Below, piece after piece: positions 25,552-34,631 of a stretch of 36,066 bases of DNA. Position numbers and translations under genes: made by a program. Numbering within the stretch: position 1 is the stretch's first letter; the number at the start of each line of letters is the position of its first letter. The notes under the pieces were generated by a model. That model worked only from the letters and a program-made list of their open reading frames with translations. It searched no databases and was not told the origin of the DNA. The stretch spans positions 1 through 36,066 of the forward strand of contig CAVEUG010000003.1 in assembly GCA_963618895.1 (NCBI GenBank), given 5' to 3'. The DNA comes from Slackia isoflavoniconvertens (lineage in GTDB: Bacteria; Bacillota_I; Bacilli_A; RFN20; CAG-826).

Positions 25552-26190
25552 ATGATTAAGAATATATTTTTTGATTTCAATGGGACCATTTTGAATGATC
25601 TTGAGCTTTGTTGTAACATTGAACAAACGATGATGGAACAAAATGGTCTAAGACCTTATACAATGCAAGAGTATTTGGATAAGTTCTTTTTTCCAGTTAG
25701 TAAGTACTATGATTCTATTGGCATAACGAGTGAAAATTTCTTAGAAGCAGCCGATTTTTTTAATAAAGAATATAATTCGAGATGGGAAAAAGAGACCTAT
25801 CTTTATGAAGGAATTGTTGAAAGCATTAAAGAATTAAAAAAGAATGGTTATAGGTTATTTGTTTTGTCTGCAACTAAACAAGAATTTTTAGATGAACAAC
25901 TTAAATTCTTAGGAATTTATGAATTGTTTGAAGGTACATGTGGTAATCGTGATGATTTAGGAAGTTCCAAAATTGAGTATGGTAAAGCATATGCAAAACT
26001 ACATAATGTCGCCCCAAGCGAAACAATCATGATTGGCGATACTATTCATGATTATGAAGTCTCAAAAGAATTAGGCTTTGATTGTCTACTCTTTACTAAA
26101 GGCCACAATTCAAAATGGCGTCTTGAAAAATTAGGCGTTAAGACATTTGATACATATAAAAATCTTTTGAAAGTGGTTAAAACATACTAG
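25552..26190 (+). CDS. HAD-superfamily hydrolase (phosphoglycolate phosphatase-like)
   Basis: Motif I FFDFNGT, motif II LSAT, and motif IV GDTIHD. Confidence 0.85.
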   Translation: MIKNIFFDFNGTILNDLELCCNIEQTMMEQNGLRPYTMQEYLDKFFFPVSKYYDSIGITSENFLEAADFFNKEYNSRWEKETYLYEGIVESIKELKKNGYRLFVLSATKQEFLDEQLKFLGIYELFEGTCGNRDDLGSSKIEYGKAYAKLHNVAPSETIMIGDTIHDYEVSKELGFDCLLFTKGHNSKWRLEKLGVKTFDTYKNLLKVVKTY

Positions 26191-26242
26191 TTTATATTTT
26201 TTAGTTTATTTTTATAATCAAAAATAAGATAATATTCATGTT

Positions 26243-27826
26243 ATGAAAAGAAGAAATAGATTTCAACCAAGAGTTTTAATTAGTTTATTGTCGTTTTTAT
26301 TACAAGTGGTTCTTGTAGTTACTTTTTTTGTTGTTTTAGTTTTATCCCCATTTGGAACAGAATTTTATCTAGGTGGACTTATTGTTTTATTGCTTTTTGA
26401 TTGTGTTATTGGTTTGTTTATTGCAAACACTAAAGTAGAAGCATCATTTAAAATAAGTTGGTTAGTAGTTGTAATTTGCCTGCCATTTGTTGGTGGATTT
26501 TTATATTTGTTATTTGCAAATAAAATAACTACTAAAAAAATGAGAAAAAATAGATTTTCTGTCATTAATGATTTATCAGTTAAATTGAGACCAGATAGTT
26601 CTAAAGAACTTGCTGACCTAAATGAAAAATGTGAAAGTGCAGGAAATATTGCAAATTATTTATATTTAAACGCGAATAGCGGAACTTATACAAATACTGA
26701 AGTTACATATTATAAAATTGGCGATTTAAGTCTTAAACCAATGGTTGAAGAATTAAAAAAAGCTAAAAAATTTATTTTTCTAGAATATTTTATTATGCAA
26801 TCTGGCGAGTTCTTTGATTCTCTTTTTAACGTCTTAGTTGAAAAAGTTAAAGAAGGTGTTGATGTCAGATTAATTTATGATGATTTTGGTTGTTCTAGTA
26901 AAATGTCTTCGTTTTTCTATAAAGAAGTAAGAAAAGCGGGTATTAAATGTTATGCATTCAATATGATTAGGCCTTTTTTAGATATTCGACAAAATAATCG
27001 TGATCATAGAAAAATTATGGTAATTGATGGAGTTGTTGGTTTTACTGGTGGTATTAATATTGCAGATGAGTACATTAACATTGGATCAAAGTTTGGTTTA
27101 TGGAAAGATAATTGTGTAATGCTTAAAGGGCCAGCTGTTAATAGTCTTACAACTCTTTTCTTATCAATTTGGAATTTAATCGAAAAGAAAAAGAAAAATG
27201 AAGATACAATTATTGATATTGAGAATTTTTCTTATGCAAGAAATGTTAAATACGATGTTAGAGAAAATAAAAAACAAGATGGTTTTGTGACACCATTTGG
27301 AGAAGAGCCTTTTGATGGTGAAGAAAGTGCACGAAATGTCCTTTTACAAATGATAACAAAAGCAACTAAATATGTTTATGTTTCGACTCCATATTTAATT
27401 TTGGATGAAGAAATGATTACTGCTCTTGAGATCGCAGCAAAATCAGGCGTGGATGTAAGAATTATCACCCCTGGAACACCAGATAAAAAAATCGTTTATC
27501 AATGTACAAGAAGTTTTTATGGAAGTTTGCTTGTAAGTGGAGTAAAAATTTATGAATATAAACCTGGGTTTAACCATGAAAAAATGATGGTTGTTGATGG
27601 AGTAATGGCTGAAACTGGAACAATTAATTTAGATTTTAGAAGTTTATATCTTCACTATGAAAATGGAATTTTCTTCTACGGAGGGAAAGAAGTTAAAGAT
27701 ATGGATGATGATTTAAAGGAAATGATTAAAGATTCTAAGGAAATTTTCTTAAATGATTATCTAAAAGTATCTCGAATTAAAAGGATTTGGTGGTCCATAT
27801 TAAGAATATTCTCTACATTATTTTAA
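26243..27826 (+). CDS. cls: Cardiolipin synthase (PLD superfamily)
   Basis: N-terminal TM helices and two HKD motifs (HRKIMVIDG...GGINI, HEKMMVVDG...GTINLD). Confidence 0.93.
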   Translation: MKRRNRFQPRVLISLLSFLLQVVLVVTFFVVLVLSPFGTEFYLGGLIVLLLFDCVIGLFIANTKVEASFKISWLVVVICLPFVGGFLYLLFANKITTKKMRKNRFSVINDLSVKLRPDSSKELADLNEKCESAGNIANYLYLNANSGTYTNTEVTYYKIGDLSLKPMVEELKKAKKFIFLEYFIMQSGEFFDSLFNVLVEKVKEGVDVRLIYDDFGCSSKMSSFFYKEVRKAGIKCYAFNMIRPFLDIRQNNRDHRKIMVIDGVVGFTGGINIADEYINIGSKFGLWKDNCVMLKGPAVNSLTTLFLSIWNLIEKKKKNEDTIIDIENFSYARNVKYDVRENKKQDGFVTPFGEEPFDGEESARNVLLQMITKATKYVYVSTPYLILDEEMITALEIAAKSGVDVRIITPGTPDKKIVYQCTRSFYGSLLVSGVKIYEYKPGFNHEKMMVVDGVMAETGTINLDFRSLYLHYENGIFFYGGKEVKDMDDDLKEMIKDSKEIFLNDYLKVSRIKRIWWSILRIFSTLF

Positions 27827-27845
27827 ATTATTGAGGGCATGAAAT

Positions 27846-28556
27846 ATGAACCAATTAGAATGTAAAAATGTTTCCAAAGTTTACGGAAATAAAAAGAAGA
27901 ATCAAGCTGAAATTATAGCTTTAGAAGATGCAACTTTCTCTATTAAAAAAGGGGAAGTTGTTGTTATTTTAGGGCCTAGTGGTGCTGGTAAAACCACCCT
28001 TTTAAATATTTTAGGCGCGATGGATAAAGCTAGTAGTGGTAGTTATTGTTTAGATGGCAAAAATGTTACTAAAATGAAAGAGAAAGATCTTGTACGTTTT
28101 AGAAGAGAAGATATTGGTTTTGTTTTTCAATTTTATAATTTGATGCCAAATTTAAATGCTTATGAAAATGTTTATTTAGCAGCTAGTTTAGTTAAGAATC
28201 CATATGATGTTCATAAAATTATGGAACTTGTTGGTTTGAAAGATCGCGAAAAGAATTTCCCTTCGCAACTTAGTGGTGGCGAGCAACAAAGAGTCGCAAT
28301 CGCACGTGCGCTTGTTAAGAACCCAACCTTACTTCTTTGTGATGAGCCTACTGGTGCACTTGACTCAAAAACTGGGGCTCAGATTATTTCGTTACTTTTA
28401 AAAGTTGCAAAAGAACAAAAGAAAACGGTTATTATTGTTACTCATAATAGGGCAATTTCAATCATTGCTGATAGAATTATTAAAGTTCAAGATGGTCATA
28501 TCATTTCTAATGAAGTTATTAAAAATCCAAAGAAAGCAGAAGATATAAAATGGTAA
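27846..28556 (+). CDS. ABC transporter ATP-binding protein (MacB/LolD/FtsE type)
   Basis: Walker [10 protein letters not shown], signature LSGGEQQR and Walker B LLLCDEPT. Confidence 0.93.
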   Translation: MNQLECKNVSKVYGNKKKNQAEIIALEDATFSIKKGEVVVILGPSGAGKTTLLNILGAMDKASSGSYCLDGKNVTKMKEKDLVRFRREDIGFVFQFYNLMPNLNAYENVYLAASLVKNPYDVHKIMELVGLKDREKNFPSQLSGGEQQRVAIARALVKNPTLLLCDEPTGALDSKTGAQIISLLLKVAKEQKKTVIIVTHNRAISIIADRIIKVQDGHIISNEVIKNPKKAEDIKW

Positions 28557-31072
28557 AAACTACTTGGGTATTGGCGCAAAAATTAAGAAGAGATATATCC
28601 CGAAATTTTTTGCAATTTATAGCAATTATTTTTATTTTAGCAACTTGTGTTTCTTTATTTTTGGGATTAACTGCTAATGCTTATGAATTTAATAAAAGAG
28701 TAGAAGAAGTCTATGATTCAAATCATGGAAATCTTGCAGATGTTTGGATTACTGTAAGTGATTATAATGAAGAAGATTATAATAATATTGCTAAATTTAA
28801 TGAAGATGATGATAAAAAATTAATAGAAAAAAGACTTATAATGCCTGCAATGTATGAGGGCTATTCTACTTATGGATTAATGAGTGAAAATCTTCCAACA
28901 ATTAACAAGGCATACGATGTTGAATTAAGCACTAATTATGAAGAAAATAAAGATTATTTCTTTTTATATATTCCTTATGAATATAAAACAAGATTTTCAA
29001 ATTCGAAATTAGATGATTTTGTTGAAATTTCATATTCTTCTAGTTCACTAGTTAGTATTTTTAATGGAATAGTATCTTCATTAGGAGATACTCCATTAGG
29101 AATTGATGCTAAAAATCACATAAGTGACGCTTTTAAAGGAGAAGAGACAAATCTTAAATTTAAAGTTTCGGCTTATATGTCGCAACCTGAAAATATTCAA
29201 AACGCTCAATTTAATAGTGCCTATTTTTTGTTAGGAAGCAAATATTTTCTTTATAAATCTCTTAACAAAATTATTGATACCTATGATGATTCATCAATTA
29301 GTTATACAAAGGGAATATTTGAAGCCATTAGAGAAAATATATTAGAAAATAGTACTGATCTTGATGAATTAATTACAAGTTTAAACAATCAATATGTTGT
29401 GAAATTAAATGAAAATATAACTAGAGATGATTATATTGATGAATTGAATACTTATTTCCAAAATAATAATCGCTTATCCTCTATTATGAATAAGGATAAT
29501 TTACCAAGTAATAGTGTAGTTCAAAACGATATTCAACAAGCTAAACAATTGACATATGTTTTCCCTGTTATTTTTTTTGTTGTTGCAATTTTAGTTGTTT
29601 TAACAACAATTTCACAAATGATTTTAAAACAAAGAATGCAAATTGGAACTTTAAAATCATTAGGCGTAAGAAAAGGAAGAATTGTTTTCTATTATATGTC
29701 TTTAATGTCGACTATTGCTCTTGTTGGAACAGGACTTGGAGCAATTATTGGCCCTTTAACTATAGCTAAAGTTTTGGACACAAAATACAAGCTTTTATAC
29801 AGTCTTCCAGAGTTTCATTATTATTGGCCAATTAAAGAAATACTTATAGTAATTGCTTTAATTATTATTTTAGTGTCGCTATTAACTTCGATTATAATTC
29901 ATAATGAACTTAAACTTAGTCCAGCAGATTCAATGAGACCAAAAACTCCTAACTATAAGTTTCATGAAACCAAACATGAAACAAAACACACTTCTATGAT
30001 GATGGCCTTAAGAAATATTAAGATTCATTTTACTAAATCTTTAATGGTCATAATTGGAATTATGGGCTGTACTGGCTTATTAATATGTGGTTATGGAATT
30101 GATGACACTATTGAATATGGTAAAAATCTTGATATGAATAGTTATTACTGTACGGATGTAAATGTTACATATTCTCCAGGAACTTTATCTTTAAAAGATG
30201 AAATTGAAAACATTAAAGGTGTTGAAAAATGTGAAGAATATGCAGTGATTTCTGTTCAAGCAACTGATCTTAGTAAAGAAAACTTTATCAATACCCAAGT
30301 AATTTATTTTGATCGATACGATTCAACTAATTTTAAATATGAAAAGTGGTTAGATGATGGTATTGGAATTAGTGAATCAACTGCAGAACAACTTGGTGTT
30401 AAAGAAGATGATAAAGTAACATTTATTCTTAATGGTGAAGAGTACACATTATATGTAAACAAAGTCTTCTATACATTTTCTATCAAAGGACTATTTATAT
30501 ATCATCAAACGCTCGAAAACTTAGTTGATTATAAGACAAATGCATGGGTGAACGTGAAAAATATTGATGAAGTCGATAGAATATCATCTGAGATTAAAGA
30601 TATAGATGGTGTTAGTTCATCTATGACTCGTATTGAAAGAATGGATACCATTAATGGTTATGTTTCTGCTATTGGCTCAATGACTATTGTTATTAAGGTA
30701 TTTGCAATCATTCTTGCGGTAATTGTTTTAATTAACCTAGCAATCCTTAATTTCGAAGAAAGAAAACGTGAAATTGCAACTCTTAGAGTCCTTGGATTTA
30801 AACGAAGAGAAATTGCTGCATCTTTGATTTATGAAGTTATGATTCTTACTATAATTGGCGCAACTTTAGGTCTATTCCTAGGTTATCCATTAACTTATAT
30901 AGTTTTATTTGTTAACAAAACGCCTCTTGTAAGTTTTTACTATTATGTTGCTCCAATTTCTTATATTTTTGGGTTTGCATTATCATTTGTTACAGCGCTT
31001 ATCGTTAATCTAATTATAACTCGAAGAGTCAACAAAATATCGATGTCTGAATCATTAAAATCTATTGAATAA
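28550..31072 (+). CDS. ABC transporter permease with two FtsX-like modules and large extracytoplasmic domains
   Basis: 840 aa. The pattern TM1, a ~300-aa loop and a TM cluster occurs twice, with FtsX-type motifs (RMQIGTLKSLG, REIATLRVLGF). The ATG overlaps the ATPase stop (ATGGTAA). Confidence 0.88.
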   Translation: MVKTTWVLAQKLRRDISRNFLQFIAIIFILATCVSLFLGLTANAYEFNKRVEEVYDSNHGNLADVWITVSDYNEEDYNNIAKFNEDDDKKLIEKRLIMPAMYEGYSTYGLMSENLPTINKAYDVELSTNYEENKDYFFLYIPYEYKTRFSNSKLDDFVEISYSSSSLVSIFNGIVSSLGDTPLGIDAKNHISDAFKGEETNLKFKVSAYMSQPENIQNAQFNSAYFLLGSKYFLYKSLNKIIDTYDDSSISYTKGIFEAIRENILENSTDLDELITSLNNQYVVKLNENITRDDYIDELNTYFQNNNRLSSIMNKDNLPSNSVVQNDIQQAKQLTYVFPVIFFVVAILVVLTTISQMILKQRMQIGTLKSLGVRKGRIVFYYMSLMSTIALVGTGLGAIIGPLTIAKVLDTKYKLLYSLPEFHYYWPIKEILIVIALIIILVSLLTSIIIHNELKLSPADSMRPKTPNYKFHETKHETKHTSMMMALRNIKIHFTKSLMVIIGIMGCTGLLICGYGIDDTIEYGKNLDMNSYYCTDVNVTYSPGTLSLKDEIENIKGVEKCEEYAVISVQATDLSKENFINTQVIYFDRYDSTNFKYEKWLDDGIGISESTAEQLGVKEDDKVTFILNGEEYTLYVNKVFYTFSIKGLFIYHQTLENLVDYKTNAWVNVKNIDEVDRISSEIKDIDGVSSSMTRIERMDTINGYVSAIGSMTIVIKVFAIILAVIVLINLAILNFEERKREIATLRVLGFKRREIAASLIYEVMILTIIGATLGLFLGYPLTYIVLFVNKTPLVSFYYYVAPISYIFGFALSFVTALIVNLIITRRVNKISMSESLKSIE

Positions 31073-31079
31073 ATTAAAA

Positions 31080-31120
31080 GTGCAAGTATGAAACTATGCG
31101 TGTCATACTTGCACTATTTA
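31080..31120 (+). terminator. Terminator hairpin after the ABC permease gene
   Basis: GTGCAAGTATGA (31080-31091) pairs perfectly with TCATACTTGCAC (31103-31114), followed by a T-rich tract. Confidence 0.7.
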
Positions 31121-31147
31121 TTAAAAACCCATGCACAAACTGCATGG
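31121..31147 (-). terminator. Terminator of typA
   Basis: CCATGCA (31129-31135) pairs with TGCATGG (31141-31147). On the minus strand the hairpin is followed by TTTTTAA (complement of 31121-31127). Confidence 0.65.
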
Positions 31148-31159
31148 ATTAACTTTTTA

Positions 31160-32992
31160 TTATTTATCTTCAATTGCTGCTTTAGCTCTTGCATCAAACT
31201 TTTTACGATCAGCAGTATTTAAAATTCTCTTTCTAATTCTATAAGTTTTTGGAGTGATTTCAACAAGTTCATCACTATTAATGTAGTCTAAGCAAGCTTC
31301 TAATGACATTTTCCTTGGGACTTTTAGAACAACTGTAAAATCTTTGTTTGATGATCTTTGGTTAGTTAGGTTTTTGGTTGCACAAACGTTAACTGATAAA
31401 TCAGTATCATATTTATTTTCACCAACAACCATACCTTCATAAACATCAACACCAGGAGCAATGAACATAACTCCTCTTTCTTCAACGTGTTGAATTGCAT
31501 ATGGGGTGGCCATACCTTTTTCAGTAGCAACTAAAACACCGATTTGTCTTTCGCCTAGGTCCTTCTTTTCAAGTGGCCTATAGTCTTTATAGGTGTGAGA
31601 GATAATTCCGTATCCTTTGGTTAAAGTTAAGAAATTGGAAATAAATCCAAGTAATCCTCTAGAAGGAATAATGTAATCAATCTTAGTGTTTGCATCGCCT
31701 GCATCCATATTAACAAGTTCTGCATCTCTTGTTCCTAAAGCGGTCATAATATCGCCAACGAATTCATTAGGAACTTCAATTGATAAGTCTTCGAAAGGTT
31801 CACATTTAACGCCATCAATCTCTTTAATAATAACTTCAGGTCTTGAAACTTCAAGTTCATAACCTTCTCTACGCATATTTTCAATTAAGATACCAAGATG
31901 TAATTCACCTCTACCTGCAACGACCCATGATTCTGAATTAGGAACTCTTGTAACTTTCAATGAAACATCTCTTTGAACTTCTTTATTCAATCTTTCTTGA
32001 ATTTGTCTAGCAGTTAACAAATCTCCATCATTTCCAGCAAATGGGGAACTATTTGTACCAAAAGTCATAGTCATTGTTGGTTCGTCAATATGAATAGGTG
32101 GAAGTGGTTCAATTAATGAATTATCACAAATTGTTTCGCCAACGTTAATATCTGGCAAACCTGCGACTGCAACAATATCACCTGCTTGAGCTGATTCAAT
32201 TTCCTGTTTTTTAAGGCCAAAGTAGCCAATGACTTTTTGAATCTTGAATTGTTTAATTGAACCATCTCTTCTAGCACAACTCACTAAAGTGCCATTTTTA
32301 ATGGTACCTCTTTGAATTCTGCCAATACCCATACGACCAACATAATCGTTATAATCAAGCATTGCAACTTGCATTTGAAGAGGACCTTCTTCGGTGACAC
32401 GTGGTTCTGGAATTTCACTTAAAATTAAATCGAAGATAGGCGTCATTCCTTCTTGTTGAGTTGATAAAAGTGGATCTAATGATGAAGTCCCATTTAAAGC
32501 GCTACAATAAGCAACTTTAAAATCTAAGAAATCATCTGGCGCTCCAAGTTCGATGAATAAATTTAATACTTCATCTACTGCCTTAGCAGGATTTGCATTT
32601 GGTCTATCAACTTTATTAATAACAACAATAGGTTTAACATTTGCTTCAATTGCTTTTTTAAGAACAAAACGTGTTTGAGGCATTGTTCCTTCAAAAGCGT
32701 CGACAAGTAATAAACAACCATCAACCATGTGCATAATTCTTTCAACTTCGCCGCCAAAATCAGCGTGTCCTGGAGTATCAAGAATATTGATCTTTGTATC
32801 TTTATATAAAATGGATGTTGTTTTAGCTAAAATTGTAATGCCTCTTTCTCTTTCGATAGGATCGCTATCCATAACACGATCTTGAATCTTTTCGTTTTCT
32901 CTAAAAGTATTTGAGCTCTTTAAAAGTTGATTTACTAATGTAGTTTTACCATGATCAACGTGGGCAATAATTGCGACATTTCTCATTTTCAT
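31160..32992 (-). CDS. typA: Translational GTPase TypA/BipA
   Basis: 610 aa with [17 protein letters not shown] and NKVD motifs and BipA-type C-terminal domains. GGAGG SD. Confidence 0.96.
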   Translation of the reverse strand: MKMRNVAIIAHVDHGKTTLVNQLLKSSNTFRENEKIQDRVMDSDPIERERGITILAKTTSILYKDTKINILDTPGHADFGGEVERIMHMVDGCLLLVDAFEGTMPQTRFVLKKAIEANVKPIVVINKVDRPNANPAKAVDEVLNLFIELGAPDDFLDFKVAYCSALNGTSSLDPLLSTQQEGMTPIFDLILSEIPEPRVTEEGPLQMQVAMLDYNDYVGRMGIGRIQRGTIKNGTLVSCARRDGSIKQFKIQKVIGYFGLKKQEIESAQAGDIVAVAGLPDINVGETICDNSLIEPLPPIHIDEPTMTMTFGTNSSPFAGNDGDLLTARQIQERLNKEVQRDVSLKVTRVPNSESWVVAGRGELHLGILIENMRREGYELEVSRPEVIIKEIDGVKCEPFEDLSIEVPNEFVGDIMTALGTRDAELVNMDAGDANTKIDYIIPSRGLLGFISNFLTLTKGYGIISHTYKDYRPLEKKDLGERQIGVLVATEKGMATPYAIQHVEERGVMFIAPGVDVYEGMVVGENKYDTDLSVNVCATKNLTNQRSSNKDFTVVLKVPRKMSLEACLDYINSDELVEITPKTYRIRKRILNTADRKKFDARAKAAIEDK

Positions 32993-33178
32993 AAATCAAA
33001 CCTCCAAATAATTAAAATAACGACTAATAAAATATCATAAATTAACCCACTTTTTCAACATAAATATATTTATATATTTAAAATCGTGAGCATAGAAAAA
33101 TACCTGCTTTCATGAAAATTTACAAAAAAGTATTTTCTACTACCTTTTTAATAGCCGTTTATCTATAATATTTTTTGT

Positions 33179-34630
33179 ATGAGAACAAATGGTATATTAA
33201 TGGCGATCTCCTCACTTCCTGGAGATCAAGGAATAGGTGATTTTGGTGAAAGTGCCTATGAATTTATTGATTTAATTAAATCGGCAAAAATTAAAATTTG
33301 GCAAGTTTTACCATTGAATCCTGTTGGATATGGAAATTCACCATATCAATCAGAATGTGGAGAAGCAATCGATCCAATCTACATTTCTTTAAATGAACTT
33401 GTTAAAGAAGGATATTTAAAAAGTATTAAAACTTTTAACAAGACTAGTGATCGAGTTGATTATGAAGCAGTTAGAGAATTTAAAGATAAATATTTACGTT
33501 TAGCTTTTAAATCTCAAAAAGATACTGATTCAAAAGAATTTAAAGATTTTGAAAAAGCAAATAAATGGCTTGATAACTATGCTAAATTCCATATTATTTT
33601 CTTAAAAAATAATTATCTTGAATGGAATAAGTGGGATGTAATCGAAAGATATGATCCATATCAACATAAATTCAACTATTCAAAATATTTAAAAGAAATT
33701 TTATATCTTAAATGGTGTCAATTTATTGCTTTTAAGCAATTTATGAAACTTAAAGAATACGCTAATAAGAATGGCATAAAAATCATGGGTGACATTCCAT
33801 TTTATGTTGGTGGTATGTCAAGTGATGTTTGGGAAAATCAAGATGATTTCCTACTTGACGAACAAGACAGATTTACACATATTGCAGGTGTTCCACCAGA
33901 TTATTTTAGTAAAACTGGTCAAAGATGGGGCAATCCAATTTATGATTGGGACCAACTTAAAAAAGAAGGTTATGAATTTTGGATGAACAGATTTAAATAT
34001 GCATCAAAAATGTATGATATTTTGCGTATTGATCACTTTAGAGCTTTTGATACATATTGGAAAGTTCCTTCATCATGTCCAACTGCTGAAGTCGGTAAGT
34101 GGATTAAAAGTCCAGGAACTGACTTTTTCGATACTTTAAAGAAAAGTGATATTAAATTAGATATTGTTGCAGAAGATTTAGGTGATTTATTCCCATCTGT
34201 CATTGAACTTAAGAATCATTATAAATTCCCTGGAATGTATATTCTAGAATTCAATTTTTTAAATCCAACTTTAAAAATTGAACAAAATCAAATTGTTTAT
34301 ACTGGTACCCATGATAACGATACTCTTGTTGGGTGGTTTAAATCATTAAAAGAAGAAGAGCAAAATCAAGTTAAATTGAAGATGAAGATTTTGAAAGTTA
34401 AAGGCAGGACCATGAATGAAAAATTCTTGAACTATGCCTATGAATCTATTGCTGATTACGTAATTATTCCAATGTGGGATTTCTTAAGTTTAGGTTCTTA
34501 TTCAAGAATGAATGTTCCTGGAATTTGTGGTAGTCCAAACTGGGAATTTAGAATTAAAAACTTTGATGATTTTAAGAAAGTTTTACCATCTATTCTTAAA
34601 TTAAACGAAAATAATAGAAGAGATAAATAG
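33179..34630 (+). CDS. malQ: 4-alpha-glucanotransferase (amylomaltase, GH77)
   Basis: GILMAISSLPGDQGIGDFG N-terminus, plus QRWGNPIYDW, RIDHFRAF and TGTHDNDT motifs. Confidence 0.94.
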   Translation: MRTNGILMAISSLPGDQGIGDFGESAYEFIDLIKSAKIKIWQVLPLNPVGYGNSPYQSECGEAIDPIYISLNELVKEGYLKSIKTFNKTSDRVDYEAVREFKDKYLRLAFKSQKDTDSKEFKDFEKANKWLDNYAKFHIIFLKNNYLEWNKWDVIERYDPYQHKFNYSKYLKEILYLKWCQFIAFKQFMKLKEYANKNGIKIMGDIPFYVGGMSSDVWENQDDFLLDEQDRFTHIAGVPPDYFSKTGQRWGNPIYDWDQLKKEGYEFWMNRFKYASKMYDILRIDHFRAFDTYWKVPSSCPTAEVGKWIKSPGTDFFDTLKKSDIKLDIVAEDLGDLFPSVIELKNHYKFPGMYILEFNFLNPTLKIEQNQIVYTGTHDNDTLVGWFKSLKEEEQNQVKLKMKILKVKGRTMNEKFLNYAYESIADYVIIPMWDFLSLGSYSRMNVPGICGSPNWEFRIKNFDDFKKVLPSILKLNENNRRDK

Positions 34631-34631
34631 A

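Noticed and set aside
24607-26565. ORFs 24607-24840 (-), 24653-24901 (+), 25398-25619 (-) and 26365-26565 (-).
   Set aside because: These are alternate-frame or antisense readings of the poly-acidic gene (GAA/GAT repeats read as K/F/I-rich frames) and of cls. No start signals are present.
29963-29986. The 12-bp tandem duplication (HETKHETK) in the permease, considered as a possible phase-variation or slippage site.
   Set aside because: There are only two imperfect copies, in frame, in a cytoplasmic linker. That is too short for contingency-locus behaviour. It is mentioned under the ABC finding only.
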